A stretch of DNA of 64,000 nucleotides. Origin: a virus. Positions 47,092-55,520 of the stretch are shown here, one piece after another. Under the pieces are notes generated by a model. That model was not told where the DNA came from. It ran no database searches and worked only from the letters and a program-made list of their open reading frames with translations. The stretch lies in IMG/VR virus record IMGVR_UViG_3300027733_000050, positions 1-64,000 of that record, one strand, 5' to 3'. Within the stretch, counting starts at the first letter, position 1. Every line of letters begins with the position of its first letter. The position numbers were made by a program, and so were the translations under genes.

Positions 47092-47768
47092 ATATTTGTT
47101 TGAATTAGTTTCGCTGAATAAAAAAGTCTTTCTAGTTTTCTTGAGTCATATACACCAAAGCCCATGCCATTTATTTTATCGCATATAACTTTATCTGTCA
47201 GGCCAATGTTTCTAAACTCGTTTGCCATTTTATATATAACATCCTTCTGAGGTGTCCAATGCTTCTTTGCAGTAGCTATCGCACCACTCATGTACTCTTG
47301 TGGCTTAAACTCTCGTGGAGTTCCCAACTTGACACCTTTTTTCTTTAGGCTATTCAGTGCATCCTTTGTACGGATGCTACCTCTCTCTGATTCGTATTCT
47401 GCTACGGCCATCATTATCGTTAACACCATCCTGTTAGTAGCCTTGTCGGCATGTGTCGCTGGAAAATCAAGAGCCACAAAGTGTACTCCCATGTTCAGCA
47501 ACTTACCAAGCAATTCTACATCACGACCAAAACGATCTAGCTTGTACACTACCAACGGAAGATCTAACTTAGCGGCTAGACTCATTGCTTCGTGTATCTG
47601 CTTTCTCTTGTGTAACTTCTTTCTGTTACCTGATACGACATCAGTAAATTCGTAGGCTGGCTCCTGCCCCTTGTAGTGATTAATCATACCACTTCTTTGA
47701 GCCTCTAATCCTAATCCTGAGTCACCTTGTTTCACAGATGACACACGATAGTATGCTATGTATTTCAT
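47088..47768 (-). CDS. small serine recombinase (resolvase/invertase family)
   Basis: MKYIAYYRVSSVKQ catalytic-serine motif; LDRFGRD and E-Y-ESER-I motifs of the resolvase catalytic domain; short C-terminal DNA-binding region. Confidence 0.75.
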   Translation of the reverse strand: MKYIAYYRVSSVKQGDSGLGLEAQRSGMINHYKGQEPAYEFTDVVSGNRKKLHKRKQIHEAMSLAAKLDLPLVVYKLDRFGRDVELLGKLLNMGVHFVALDFPATHADKATNRMVLTIMMAVAEYESERGSIRTKDALNSLKKKGVKLGTPREFKPQEYMSGAIATAKKHWTPQKDVIYKMANEFRNIGLTDKVICDKINGMGFGVYDSRKLERLFYSAKLIQTNI

Positions 47769-47782
47769 TGTAGTTGTTTGTG

Positions 47783-47850
47783 TGGAGGATATAGGACTCG
47801 AACCTATTACTAGTGGATTACCACTGCTTTACCTGTTAAGCTAATCCTCC
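47783..47850 (-). ncRNA. tRNA-like element (degenerate/pseudo-tRNA) between the M15 peptidase and serine recombinase genes
   Basis: The minus strand reads GGAGGAT-TA-GCTT-AACAGGTA-AAGC-A-GTGG-TAAT-CCAC-TAGTA-ATAGG-TTCGAGT-CCTAT-ATCCTCC-A: perfect 7-bp acceptor, D-arm and T-arm, but the anticodon arm is about 4 nt short (4-nt loop). Confidence 0.45.
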
Positions 47851-47905
47851 GATGGTGTTGAACATAGGAGCCCCTAACTCCTTGTGCTTTCGCACACACC
47901 ATCAT
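47851..47905 (-). other. long hairpin (GATGGTGT...ACACCATC with an inner GGAG/CTCC stem) directly upstream of the tRNA-like element
   Basis: 8-bp outer inverted repeat; lies 3' of the M15 peptidase gene. Confidence 0.3.
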
Positions 47906-47906
47906 C

Positions 47907-48374
47907 TTAAAAAGGAATATATGAAACCGAATTATTTCTTTTAACTGCCTTTAATACAATCTTTCTCTGTCTTCCTGTTATATCGTAACTAACGTGAACC
48001 CACTCAGGATTATTGTCCGTACCGAACTCCCATATTAACTGATCAAAATCTAGGTTGTTCTTTATGTAGTCAAACAATACTTTGTTTGTAGGCCCATTTA
48101 ATACACCATCTAAGTCAAGATCAAATGCCTGGCCCAAACAATGCTGAGAGGTTGCAGATGAGTTAGATATTTTTGAATTCAACTCCTTGCTACGAAACCC
48201 TGATGTAATAGGAATCTTTATCAGAAACTTCTCACAGCATTTATCGTATACGTTCTTAGCAAGAGCCTCTAGGCACATGATCTGTTGTTGATTTGGTTTG
48301 TTATCAATGTTAAGTCTTGTAGCTGTTGCCGACTTACAAACCTCATCTAATGTTAAATACTTTCCTATAAGCAT
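47907..48374 (-). CDS. peptidase M15 (D-Ala-D-Ala carboxypeptidase/VanY-like) cell-wall hydrolase
   Basis: ITSGFRSKELNSKISNSSATSQHCLGQAFDLDL matches the SGYR..N......S.H..G.A.D signature of Peptidase_M15. Confidence 0.65.
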   Translation of the reverse strand: MLIGKYLTLDEVCKSATATRLNIDNKPNQQQIMCLEALAKNVYDKCCEKFLIKIPITSGFRSKELNSKISNSSATSQHCLGQAFDLDLDGVLNGPTNKVLFDYIKNNLDFDQLIWEFGTDNNPEWVHVSYDITGRQRKIVLKAVKRNNSVSYIPF

Positions 48375-48616
48375 AAAATAATTACTATAAAGATAAACAA
48401 CGAAAGAAAGAATAATATATTGCGTACATTTTTATAAAATGTAATATTTCTAATCATCTTACCTTGTTGATACGAATCATTTTCAAACCAATACTTTTTA
48501 GAACACTTGGTAGATAGATGACCAAAGAATAATCCTGATCCTAACGATACAATAACCCAAGTTATGATGAATAATACCTTAGTCTTTTGATCCATATTTT
48601 CTTCTCCAGTTAACAT
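48365..48616 (-). CDS. holin-like membrane protein (two TM helices)
   Basis: 83 aa; TM1 VLFIITWVIVSLGSGLFFG; TM2 ILFFLSLFIFIVIILCL; start overlaps the M15 gene. Confidence 0.45.
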   Translation of the reverse strand: MLTGEENMDQKTKVLFIITWVIVSLGSGLFFGHLSTKCSKKYWFENDSYQQGKMIRNITFYKNVRNILFFLSLFIFIVIILCL

Positions 48617-49040
48617 ATTTCCAACTTAAATGAACTCCTGCTACACCTAACACACCAACGACCATGCTCCAATTTCTTTGTCTCTTAACAATTCTTAATT
48701 GCTTTGTTAGTTCCATGATTCTGCTATCCTTCCCATCAAGATCATAAGATTGCTGATCTACTAATGATTTATAGTTAACACATCTTTTGTTAGCATCATC
48801 TAACATTTGCTCGTATGTAGACAATCTGTTGTGATATGATTCAATAATTGAATCTCTTGACTGAATGCTATTAGTAAATATAACTTTGTCAATGTCTGAT
48901 TGCTTCAGATCTTGTATCATAAACTCTACTAACTTCTTGTTCATGATAACCGATGAATCACTTGCGGTCTTTGTAGCGGTTTGCGAGAAAGTCATTAAAC
49001 TGCTTAGAGCTAGACTTACTGATAATATTAGCTTTTTCAT
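48579..49040 (-). CDS. secreted protein (153 aa), spanin-like candidate
   Basis: N-terminal signal peptide MKKLILSVSLALSSLMTFSQTA. Confidence 0.4.
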   Translation of the reverse strand: MKKLILSVSLALSSLMTFSQTATKTASDSSVIMNKKLVEFMIQDLKQSDIDKVIFTNSIQSRDSIIESYHNRLSTYEQMLDDANKRCVNYKSLVDQQSYDLDGKDSRIMELTKQLRIVKRQRNWSMVVGVLGVAGVHLSWKYVNWRRKYGSKD

Positions 49041-49299
49041 TTGATTTTGTAATTGGTTTTTGAATGTTATTTTTAATCATGTTATTTAAGATCTGGATGC
49101 TGTCATTCAATTTCTCTAACTGAACGCTATCAACAATTATCTTATCAACGTATACGGTGTCCTTCAACGAATCAGTAGCGTTAACTATAACCTCTTGTTC
49201 GTAATATCTTTTTGTTTTGTTCTTTTGATAGGTAACCCATAACACTGTGGACAATAGTGCAACAATGGATAATCCTAGGTAGATATACTTTTTGTACAT
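48958..49299 (-). CDS. type-II membrane protein with N-terminal TM helix (113 aa)
   Basis: YIYLGLSIVALLSTVLWVTY hydrophobic anchor. Confidence 0.4.
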   Translation of the reverse strand: MYKKYIYLGLSIVALLSTVLWVTYQKNKTKRYYEQEVIVNATDSLKDTVYVDKIIVDSVQLEKLNDSIQILNNMIKNNIQKPITKSNEKANIISKSSSKQFNDFLANRYKDRK

Positions 49300-49300
49300 A

Positions 49301-49666
49301 CTATTTAATTACTGAGTTAATGTTTTCTAAGAATTGGATTGCTTGGATTATCTGAACTTTATCAGCGTAAGGTACAATCTCATATAACTTAAGATTGATA
49401 GTCTTATTAAAGTCCTCAGTTATCTTAGCCACTGCTACACGCTTCTTTTCTAAATATTTAGAAGAAGGCATATCGATTACTCCAGTAGTATCAGACATGG
49501 TGAATGATGAGTAAGGCATAGCTAATGCAAGCTGTTGCACTTGTTCAAGATAGATTTTAGTTAATTGCATCTTGCTCATTTGGTCATAAGGTTGAGCTAG
49601 CCCTTGTGCATTGGCCTTCATCCCGAAAGCGAATAACACGATTATAAATAGTTTTCTCATTGTCAT
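49301..49666 (-). CDS. secreted small protein (121 aa)
   Basis: Signal peptide MTMRKLFIIVLFAFGMKANAQG. Confidence 0.4.
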   Translation of the reverse strand: MTMRKLFIIVLFAFGMKANAQGLAQPYDQMSKMQLTKIYLEQVQQLALAMPYSSFTMSDTTGVIDMPSSKYLEKKRVAVAKITEDFNKTINLKLYEIVPYADKVQIIQAIQFLENINSVIK

Positions 49667-49923
49667 TATTTATTTGGCGAAGATAGGATCTTATGCAATC
49701 CTAAAAAATATTTTATATAATTTATTAAACTTGGATTTATTCTCTTTAATATAATTTTGTTGTTTTTATTTCTAGCTAGGACTATACCATCCCATACTTT
49801 TTTACTGTTACAAATCCTACAGCATACCGATCTTCCCTCGCAATATCTAACATTATAATTATTGCTATCGCTAAAGTACATCCATCGTGGGTAACTCTTT
49901 CTACATTCAAAACATTTCTTCAT
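49666..49923 (-). CDS. Cys-rich zinc-ribbon protein (85 aa)
   Basis: C-x2-C ... C-x5-CC-x2-C arrangement (CFEC...CEGRSVCCRIC). Confidence 0.4.
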   Translation of the reverse strand: MKKCFECRKSYPRWMYFSDSNNYNVRYCEGRSVCCRICNSKKVWDGIVLARNKNNKIILKRINPSLINYIKYFLGLHKILSSPNK

Positions 49924-49970
49924 TTATAAGTATCATTATTTATGCACATACATCATAAGTCATGCCAAAA

Positions 49971-50858
49971 TTATTTCTCATTTTTTGCAAAATTAATTTC
50001 ATATTGAGTTTTATTTTGTTCGTTTAAATCATTGATACCACAAAATCCATTGCACTCGAATAAAGGTTCTACCTTTCTAATTGGCATGTCATCTAAAGAT
50101 TTTAGTTGAGGATACTTAGGATGCTTCTTTAAAAACAATAAAGTATTTCCAGTTTCCTTTGCCTCATTACCTTGATCCTTTAGCATTGTAACAGGCTCGC
50201 CTTTCATATCGGTTAGCTTATGTTCCATATTTGCCATGGCATCAAATTTATCAGGGAAGTCTACTCTTATTTTTTGCCAATAACCTATCCCTCCCTGAAC
50301 ACAACCTGTACCAAAGCAATTATTATTCCTAAATCCTAACTTATACATAATAGGTATCTCTATCCCTACATCTTCAATCATCTTTAGGCAAGCATCTTTA
50401 TCTAATCCCATCATCAACAATGGATATATCCCTTTAGCTTTTGGATGATTCATGGTTAAAGATTTAGCTCTGTTAAATTCTTTTTTATCAAATTCAAATC
50501 CGAATATTTGATAATCATATTCAACACTTTTCTGCCACTGCTCCCTAACCCTTCTTTTAAGATTGGTTGAACATATTGCACCTGTAGCAACATTTAATGA
50601 CTTATGCTTTATCCAAACATCTTGTATGCTGTCATATTTATCTCCTATCGCAGTAATTGTTTCTATTTCCTTGCCATACCACTTTTCGCAGTCTAACTTA
50701 AACCTATAAGTATCTGGGTGTTCATTCTTGGTATCAATCATTACAATCCTGCAATTTTTTACTCCAAATAAATCAATACCTATCTTACAAGATACAGCAC
50801 TTGTTATTCCACCACTCCACCAAGCTATTACTTTTTTCATGTTGTTATTTTTATCCAA
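49971..50858 (-). CDS. PAPS-reductase-like PP-loop ATP pyrophosphatase family protein
   Basis: VIAWWSGGITSAVS = SGGxxS PP-loop; size 295 aa; C-terminal cysteine pairs; a family commonly phage-borne (CysH/DndC-like fold). Confidence 0.5.
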   Translation of the reverse strand: MDKNNNMKKVIAWWSGGITSAVSCKIGIDLFGVKNCRIVMIDTKNEHPDTYRFKLDCEKWYGKEIETITAIGDKYDSIQDVWIKHKSLNVATGAICSTNLKRRVREQWQKSVEYDYQIFGFEFDKKEFNRAKSLTMNHPKAKGIYPLLMMGLDKDACLKMIEDVGIEIPIMYKLGFRNNNCFGTGCVQGGIGYWQKIRVDFPDKFDAMANMEHKLTDMKGEPVTMLKDQGNEAKETGNTLLFLKKHPKYPQLKSLDDMPIRKVEPLFECNGFCGINDLNEQNKTQYEINFAKNEK

Positions 50859-51078
50859 TTAGTTCATCAGCGTTTATATTATGGTTGTCAAAGTGTTCGA
50901 GTATCTTGGTCATCACTTGCTCTGATGATAACTCCCCTTGCTCTTCCATCCATTCAAGTTCCTTACGCATATTTCTAAGTTCCCATAGCACACATGCCAT
51001 GTCTAATGCTTTGACGCATCTCAGATGTGATCTTACATCATCTGGTTCGTTGAGGTCGAATTTAATTATTCCTTCCAT
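50851..51078 (-). CDS. hypothetical small acidic protein (75 aa)
   Basis: ORF track. Confidence 0.4.
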   Translation of the reverse strand: MEGIIKFDLNEPDDVRSHLRCVKALDMACVLWELRNMRKELEWMEEQGELSSEQVMTKILEHFDNHNINADELIG

Positions 51079-51221
51079 GGTTTATTTTATTTGTTGTTAC
51101 GTTACTATTAGTACCACTTTACATATTGTAGAGCATTTACTTTACATATTGTGCATTATATCGCACATTAAGTTGTATTTATTAGGTTAATGTAGCATAA
51201 GTCCATCATTAAGTGCTTTAT

Positions 51222-51303
51222 ATTGCACATTAATTGCACCATAATTGCACCAATTGCACAATTTGTGGCTCATAATGGGCTCATATTGGGCTCAATTGGC
51301 TCA
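51222..51303. repeat. two iteron arrays with identical 11-11-9 bp spacing: 4x ATTGCAC (51222, 51233, 51244, 51253) and 4x GGCTCA (51267, 51278, 51289, 51298)
   Basis: Direct repeats at helical-turn spacing inside a 480-bp AT-rich intergenic region; origin-of-replication or regulator-binding array. Confidence 0.55.
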
Positions 51304-51566
51304 TTTTTAACACCCTATAAGGTATAATTAAGTTAATGAATGATATATCATACCTTTTTGGGTATAAATTTTATACTACTTGGTATTATACCATTTAGTC
51401 CCATATTTAATCTTTATTTGGGACGAACTATTCCTAAAACTTAGCAGTTGTCCGATGTTTTAGGACTACTAAAATAAATGCTTGTCTTTCCAAGCTGTCA
51501 GGATTTTTTATCTATGCAGTGCTTCTCCTTGCACTATTTCAGATGGTTACAAATTGTAACGGTTTG

Positions 51567-51875
51567 CTATTGTTGACCTCCGTATGTTTCGTTGTAGTAA
51601 TACTCTGCATTTCTATTATACCATAGTGAACTTCTTTCTGATTGTTGGTCTGTCCTACCATCACGATAAGTATTAACTATCTGCTCTTTCTCCATTGCTT
51701 TTGCCTCAAGCAAGTCAAAGAGGTCTAACTTTTTATTCGCTGATTGTAAATACAACCATTCAACTGCTGTCTGCTTACTCATTGTTACCTCCGAATATTT
51801 CGCTATAGTATTTTTCGCCTTGCTCTCCATTCCAGTCATTGTATGGATGATTATCAAATATCCGCTGACCTTCAA
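51567..51875 (-). CDS. small protein, paralogue of the next gene (likely true start at the internal MSKQTAVEW, about 51785)
   Basis: KQTAVEWLY and the C-terminal YYNETYGGQQ match KQTSVEWFL ... YYSEIFGGNNE of ORF 51775-52029. Confidence 0.4.
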   Translation of the reverse strand: MKVSGYLIIIHTMTGMESKAKNTIAKYSEVTMSKQTAVEWLYLQSANKKLDLFDLLEAKAMEKEQIVNTYRDGRTDQQSERSSLWYNRNAEYYYNETYGGQQ

Positions 51876-52029
51876 TGTGTGCTTTAACTATCTCCTGTCT
51901 ATGCATCTGCCTCGCTTCATGCTTTAACTTCGCCATCTCCTCAGCAATTGAATATCCTTCGCTATCATACAACTCCTTGCGGTGTGTTAGCTGATCTAAA
52001 AACCATTCTACTGATGTTTGTTTATTCAT
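51775..52029 (-). CDS. small protein, tandem paralogue of the previous gene (84 aa)
   Basis: Shared N- and C-terminal motifs with ORF 51567-51875. Confidence 0.45.
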   Translation of the reverse strand: MNKQTSVEWFLDQLTHRKELYDSEGYSIAEEMAKLKHEARQMHRQEIVKAHIEGQRIFDNHPYNDWNGEQGEKYYSEIFGGNNE

Positions 52030-52134
52030 CTTTATTTATTTTTTATGATTAAATATATTATTAGCATTATGATACCTAGGAAGGATAATATGCTTATGGA
52101 TCCATAACTGATTAGGATCAGTATGTCCCTTATC

Positions 52135-52341
52135 TTATTCTTTATCCTTCCCATTGAAAATGTTTTTTATTTGTTGATAAATATCCTCAGCCTTCTCTCC
52201 CCAGTACATTTCACACTTGCCATCCTTAAACGGAACTTCGGTAAAGTATGATTGCCTATGAGGATTAGGTCTTGCGGTATACCTTCTGCAAGTTGAAGCT
52301 ATGGGGCAATCAGTTCCCTTACACATTGATATGTCAGGCAT
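52135..52341 (-). CDS. Cys-rich small protein (68 aa)
   Basis: MCKGTDCPIASTCRRY...GKCEMY cysteine pattern. Confidence 0.4.
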   Translation of the reverse strand: MPDISMCKGTDCPIASTCRRYTARPNPHRQSYFTEVPFKDGKCEMYWGEKAEDIYQQIKNIFNGKDKE

Positions 52342-52549
52342 TGTCTTCCTCCTTTAATAAATCTGCGTAATACTCACAAAATAAATTATAGCACATCTCG
52401 AATCCAACAAACTCTCTTTGTAAAACATTTTTACGCATTTCCTCTAGACCATGCTTCATAATACTTCTCATGGTCATTGCTCTTTGCCTCGCCAATATCT
52501 TCTGATTTTGGGGTACAGCTTTTGCAGGTTTCACATTCTCTTGCATCAT
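52334..52549 (-). CDS. small hypothetical protein (71 aa); overlaps alternative Cys-rich ORF 52431-52619
   Basis: The two overlapping ORFs of the track cannot both be real; 52431-52619 encodes a C-x2-C...C-x2-C-x2-C zinc-finger-like peptide. Confidence 0.3.
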   Translation of the reverse strand: MMQENVKPAKAVPQNQKILARQRAMTMRSIMKHGLEEMRKNVLQREFVGFEMCYNLFCEYYADLLKEEDNA

Positions 52550-52554
52550 AGTAA

Positions 52555-52929
52555 TTATTGCATATTAGACACCTCTTCCACACCTCGTGGTTCATCAGTG
52601 TTTGGTTCCTTATAATCATTGATCATGTTCATTAACTCTAAACGATTTGCATCCTCTCTCAAGGACATTACCTTATCTAGCAATATGCTGAATACCTCTC
52701 CATCATCCGATACCGCATCATCATTAACATGCTCGTTGATGTATCTAGTTAGCATCTTTGCACTATCTAGGTATTGATTAAGCCTCCACTTAAAGTCAAA
52801 CTTAACCATTCCTTTAATTCCGTATGCCCACTTCTCAGCCTCTCCGCTAAGAACTACGAACATCATTAATGCCTTTTCAAACTCTTTCAGTTTGTTTTCA
52901 TCCATTGCTTCTAAATGTTTTTTAGCCAT
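52555..52929 (-). CDS. hypothetical protein (124 aa)
   Basis: ORF track. Confidence 0.45.
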   Translation of the reverse strand: MAKKHLEAMDENKLKEFEKALMMFVVLSGEAEKWAYGIKGMVKFDFKWRLNQYLDSAKMLTRYINEHVNDDAVSDDGEVFSILLDKVMSLREDANRLELMNMINDYKEPNTDEPRGVEEVSNMQ

Positions 52930-53218
52930 TGTTTTTGTATTTTATAAATATTTCTAGTGCCATCTCAAATGGTATGTTGGTAAGGAAGACACTATCTATT
53001 CCCCTAACATAAATGTTAGCCAATCCATTATAATTTTCATCATCCTCTAACTCCACATTTCTAATGCAAGATATATCGTTCATGTCTATACTACATGTCA
53101 TCCATACATCGTTTACTATTCCCATGTCCTCCATGTACTTGCTATAGCAAGCTACCTTGCAGATCAATATGCTACCATACACCGATGGCTCTTCTAAATT
53201 AATTCTGTTCTTCCTCAT
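52922..53218 (-). CDS. hypothetical protein (98 aa)
   Basis: ORF track. Confidence 0.4.
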   Translation of the reverse strand: MRKNRINLEEPSVYGSILICKVACYSKYMEDMGIVNDVWMTCSIDMNDISCIRNVELEDDENYNGLANIYVRGIDSVFLTNIPFEMALEIFIKYKNNG

Positions 53219-53795
53219 CGTAGATTAAAATTTTATCGTTTATAACTCTATTTAATATTTTTCTGCTTACCTCCATGCACAACTCAGGTGATGCATCCTT
53301 GAACTCTTCGATCAGTATGTTGCATATTGTGTTGATATTGTTCAGTCCCCACTTCTTGAAGATGTTGTCGCTTAACTTATAATTCTTCAGCAACTGCAAC
53401 GTAAAGTCATCCATGCTCTTGCTAAGGTGCTTGTTGAACTGATAATGATCTTGCCCTGTAATATACAAACTCCTTACGTTAGCCGCACTGATATCCTTGC
53501 CTCTGATTCGAAACAACATGCTGATTGCCTCAGATGTTGCTCCCGATAACCTATGCAGTGAATAGGCTAACATTCTTCTGCCAGCAACACCGCTAGCCTT
53601 GTTGCTATTGGAATATACATCCATCAACGTATATCCACTCTCGATCAAGGTCATCTCGCCTGCCGTAAACAAGATCTCTAGATCCTCCTTTATTGACTTG
53701 CTACATGCCTTACATGTGCCTATCCCTATTCCCTTCTGCTGATGGTTAACCTTGCAGATGGAACATATCTTGTATGTGAATTCTTCTCTTGTCAT
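53199..53795 (-). CDS. DNA-binding protein with N-terminal C4 zinc finger and C-terminal helix-turn-helix (HTH) resembling DnaA domain IV
   Basis: CSIC..x13..CKAC; later GRRMLAYSLHRLSGATSEAISMLFRIRGKDISAANV resembles the DnaA C-terminal/LuxR-like HTH. Confidence 0.35.
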   Translation of the reverse strand: MTREEFTYKICSICKVNHQQKGIGIGTCKACSKSIKEDLEILFTAGEMTLIESGYTLMDVYSNSNKASGVAGRRMLAYSLHRLSGATSEAISMLFRIRGKDISAANVRSLYITGQDHYQFNKHLSKSMDDFTLQLLKNYKLSDNIFKKWGLNNINTICNILIEEFKDASPELCMEVSRKILNRVINDKILIYDEEEQN

Positions 53796-54124
53796 TATAA
53801 ATATCTTTTTTGTTGTTGTTTAATTATTACTGCCCTCCAAATTATCTTGAATGCATCCTCTTCGGTTATGTTGTCTGCATCGAACACAAACTTTGCTAAA
53901 CTCCATTGATTACGTTCGTTGTTCTGCAATAATCTTATTGCCTCTAGGATAACCCTTGCAGTTAAAACATAGGTAAATTCATCCTTGTCGTAGTACACCA
54001 AAACTCTTTTACCTTCCGACCATGACTTGTCCTTGTCCCAATCCTTTACGAATCGTATGCCCTTGCTCTCATCTAGCATTTCGAATATGCTATTGATGGT
54101 TAAGTCAGTATTTAAATCTCTCAT
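53795..54124 (-). CDS. hypothetical protein (109 aa)
   Basis: ORF track. Confidence 0.4.
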   Translation of the reverse strand: MRDLNTDLTINSIFEMLDESKGIRFVKDWDKDKSWSEGKRVLVYYDKDEFTYVLTARVILEAIRLLQNNERNQWSLAKFVFDADNITEEDAFKIIWRAVIIKQQQKRYL

Positions 54125-54238
54125 TCGTTAAACGATTTATAGATGAAGTAATAAGCAATGCCGACCTTGATAGCAATGGAACTATCATATTTATAACCTC
54201 CATAGATATAGACTACAGCCAAAGACAAGGTAACAATG

Positions 54239-54463
54239 TTAAGCAATACCTTCTCTAACGATAGTCTCATAGAACGGCTCTATTATAAAGTTAACACCAA
54301 TCTGCTCACCTAGTCTTCTAGCACGATCCTTATCTAGAGGTGCTGAGTTGTATCGGTCATTGCTGAATATCATCTCTCCGCCATTAGAGAGTTTGTCTTG
54401 TAGGTATTTATATTGCTGAGATTCTGCATCCCATATGGCTAACCTAAATTTGTCTTGTTTCAT
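54239..54463 (-). CDS. hypothetical small protein (74 aa)
   Basis: ORF track. Confidence 0.35.
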   Translation of the reverse strand: MKQDKFRLAIWDAESQQYKYLQDKLSNGGEMIFSNDRYNSAPLDKDRARRLGEQIGVNFIIEPFYETIVREGIA

Positions 54464-54542
54464 TTTTGTCTGAGTGCGTTAATTAAAATTCTGATTCCTT
54501 CAAATATTGCGATGGCTCCTACCATCATGATGAATGCAAATG

Positions 54543-54728
54543 CTATTTCTTCCATATCTTTACCTCCCCATTAGGATAAATTGTGTGACTAATTTTTAAC
54601 TTTTTACTTTGCTTTTTTTCGGATGCATCCGACATATTTAATGTGTTCAAATAGTCTTGATACAATGATGAGTTTACAAAAACTCTGTTCCACTTTGTAG
54701 AACTTAAATTTCTATCTAGATGTTTCAT
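54543..54728 (-). CDS. hypothetical small basic protein (61 aa)
   Basis: ORF track. Confidence 0.3.
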   Translation of the reverse strand: MKHLDRNLSSTKWNRVFVNSSLYQDYLNTLNMSDASEKKQSKKLKISHTIYPNGEVKIWKK

Positions 54729-54751
54729 GTGTTTATAATTATTAACAATTT

Positions 54752-54976
54752 TTATGCCAACTTTTTTAATATGTTCGTTTCCATTCCATAATGGATAGCC
54801 ACCTTATCGTAAGTAATCGCAGCCTCTCTCTCGCCTTCGGGCGTAGGATCAAAGTAACCTAGGTGCTTGGATACAACCGATCCGTTGTTGTTAACCCTGA
54901 TCCTAGCCTGATACTTGCGAATGTTTGGCTTGAATACTACACCCCTATACTGAGATGATTTATTCTTTACTCCCAT
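54752..54976 (-). CDS. stand-alone AP2/ERF-type DNA-binding domain protein
   Basis: SQYRGVVFKPNIRKYQARIRVNNNGSVVSKHLGYFDPTPEGEREAAITYDKVAIHYG matches the AP2 fold consensus (YRGV...W.A.I...G..V.LGTFDT.EEAA.AYD.AA...G). Confidence 0.7.
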   Translation of the reverse strand: MGVKNKSSQYRGVVFKPNIRKYQARIRVNNNGSVVSKHLGYFDPTPEGEREAAITYDKVAIHYGMETNILKKLA

Positions 54977-55221
54977 AGGTCTACCCTTTTATTGATGAAT
55001 ACAATCTCATCCCCACTCTCGTAAGCCATGAACACATTGTCGAAGTCTAGCAGATAACTTTGAATTAAGTTAATCTCTCCTAGGGTGAACTCGTGCGTTA
55101 CGTGGTTGTAGTCAACACGAAAGTTTGGTCTGCTACTATTGTGCTTGGTGAATACTCCTAATCCTTCTATAAGAATCTTCTTATATTCTTCGGTCTTAAT
55201 TATTTCTACTTTGTTGTTCAT
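54967..55221 (-). CDS. hypothetical small protein (84 aa)
   Basis: ORF track. Confidence 0.4.
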   Translation of the reverse strand: MNNKVEIIKTEEYKKILIEGLGVFTKHNSSRPNFRVDYNHVTHEFTLGEINLIQSYLLDFDNVFMAYESGDEIVFINKRVDLWE

Positions 55222-55520
55222 AGCGATTCAATTATTTCTTCCATTATTAATGATTCATTGCACTTGATATACTCTTCGATGACCTTATTCTCGGCATCGT
55301 TAAACGCATCCTTGTACCACCCAACAATCTCTAACTCCCAATAGTTGTTGCCTTGGTCATATCCCTCGCTACCCCAATACTCGTAGTGACCAATACCATC
55401 GTTGCATCTTTCCTTGGTGTAGAAAATAGTCAAGTCTCTTGACTTTACATACTCTCCCTCCGAATCGTAGACATCTAGGAAGTCTAGATCGGTCATCTCG
55501 TATTCATACTTTGATCTCAT
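55218..55520 (-). CDS. small acidic protein (100 aa)
   Basis: ORF track; D/E/Y-rich. Confidence 0.4.
   Translation of the reverse strand: MRSKYEYEMTDLDFLDVYDSEGEYVKSRDLTIFYTKERCNDGIGHYEYWGSEGYDQGNNYWELEIVGWYKDAFNDAENKVIEEYIKCNESLIMEEIIESL

Noticed and set aside
47088-47768. Large serine or tyrosine integrase
   Set aside because: The protein is only 226 aa (resolvase/invertase size) and no R-H-R-Y tyrosine recombinase was seen in any frame, so integrative function is left as a hypothesis only
47783-47850. Functional tRNA gene on the minus strand
   Set aside because: Acceptor, D and T arms are fine but only 18 nt lie between the D-arm and T-arm, forcing a 4-nt anticodon loop; kept only as a tRNA-like/pseudo-tRNA element
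50801-51190. + strand ORF (129 aa)
   Set aside because: Antisense to the PAPS-reductase-like and following minus genes; Ser/Cys/Leu-rich low-complexity translation
52334-52619. Both overlapping minus-strand ORFs 52334-52549 and 52431-52619 being genes
   Set aside because: They overlap by about 120 nt in different frames; at most one is likely real; reported once with low confidence
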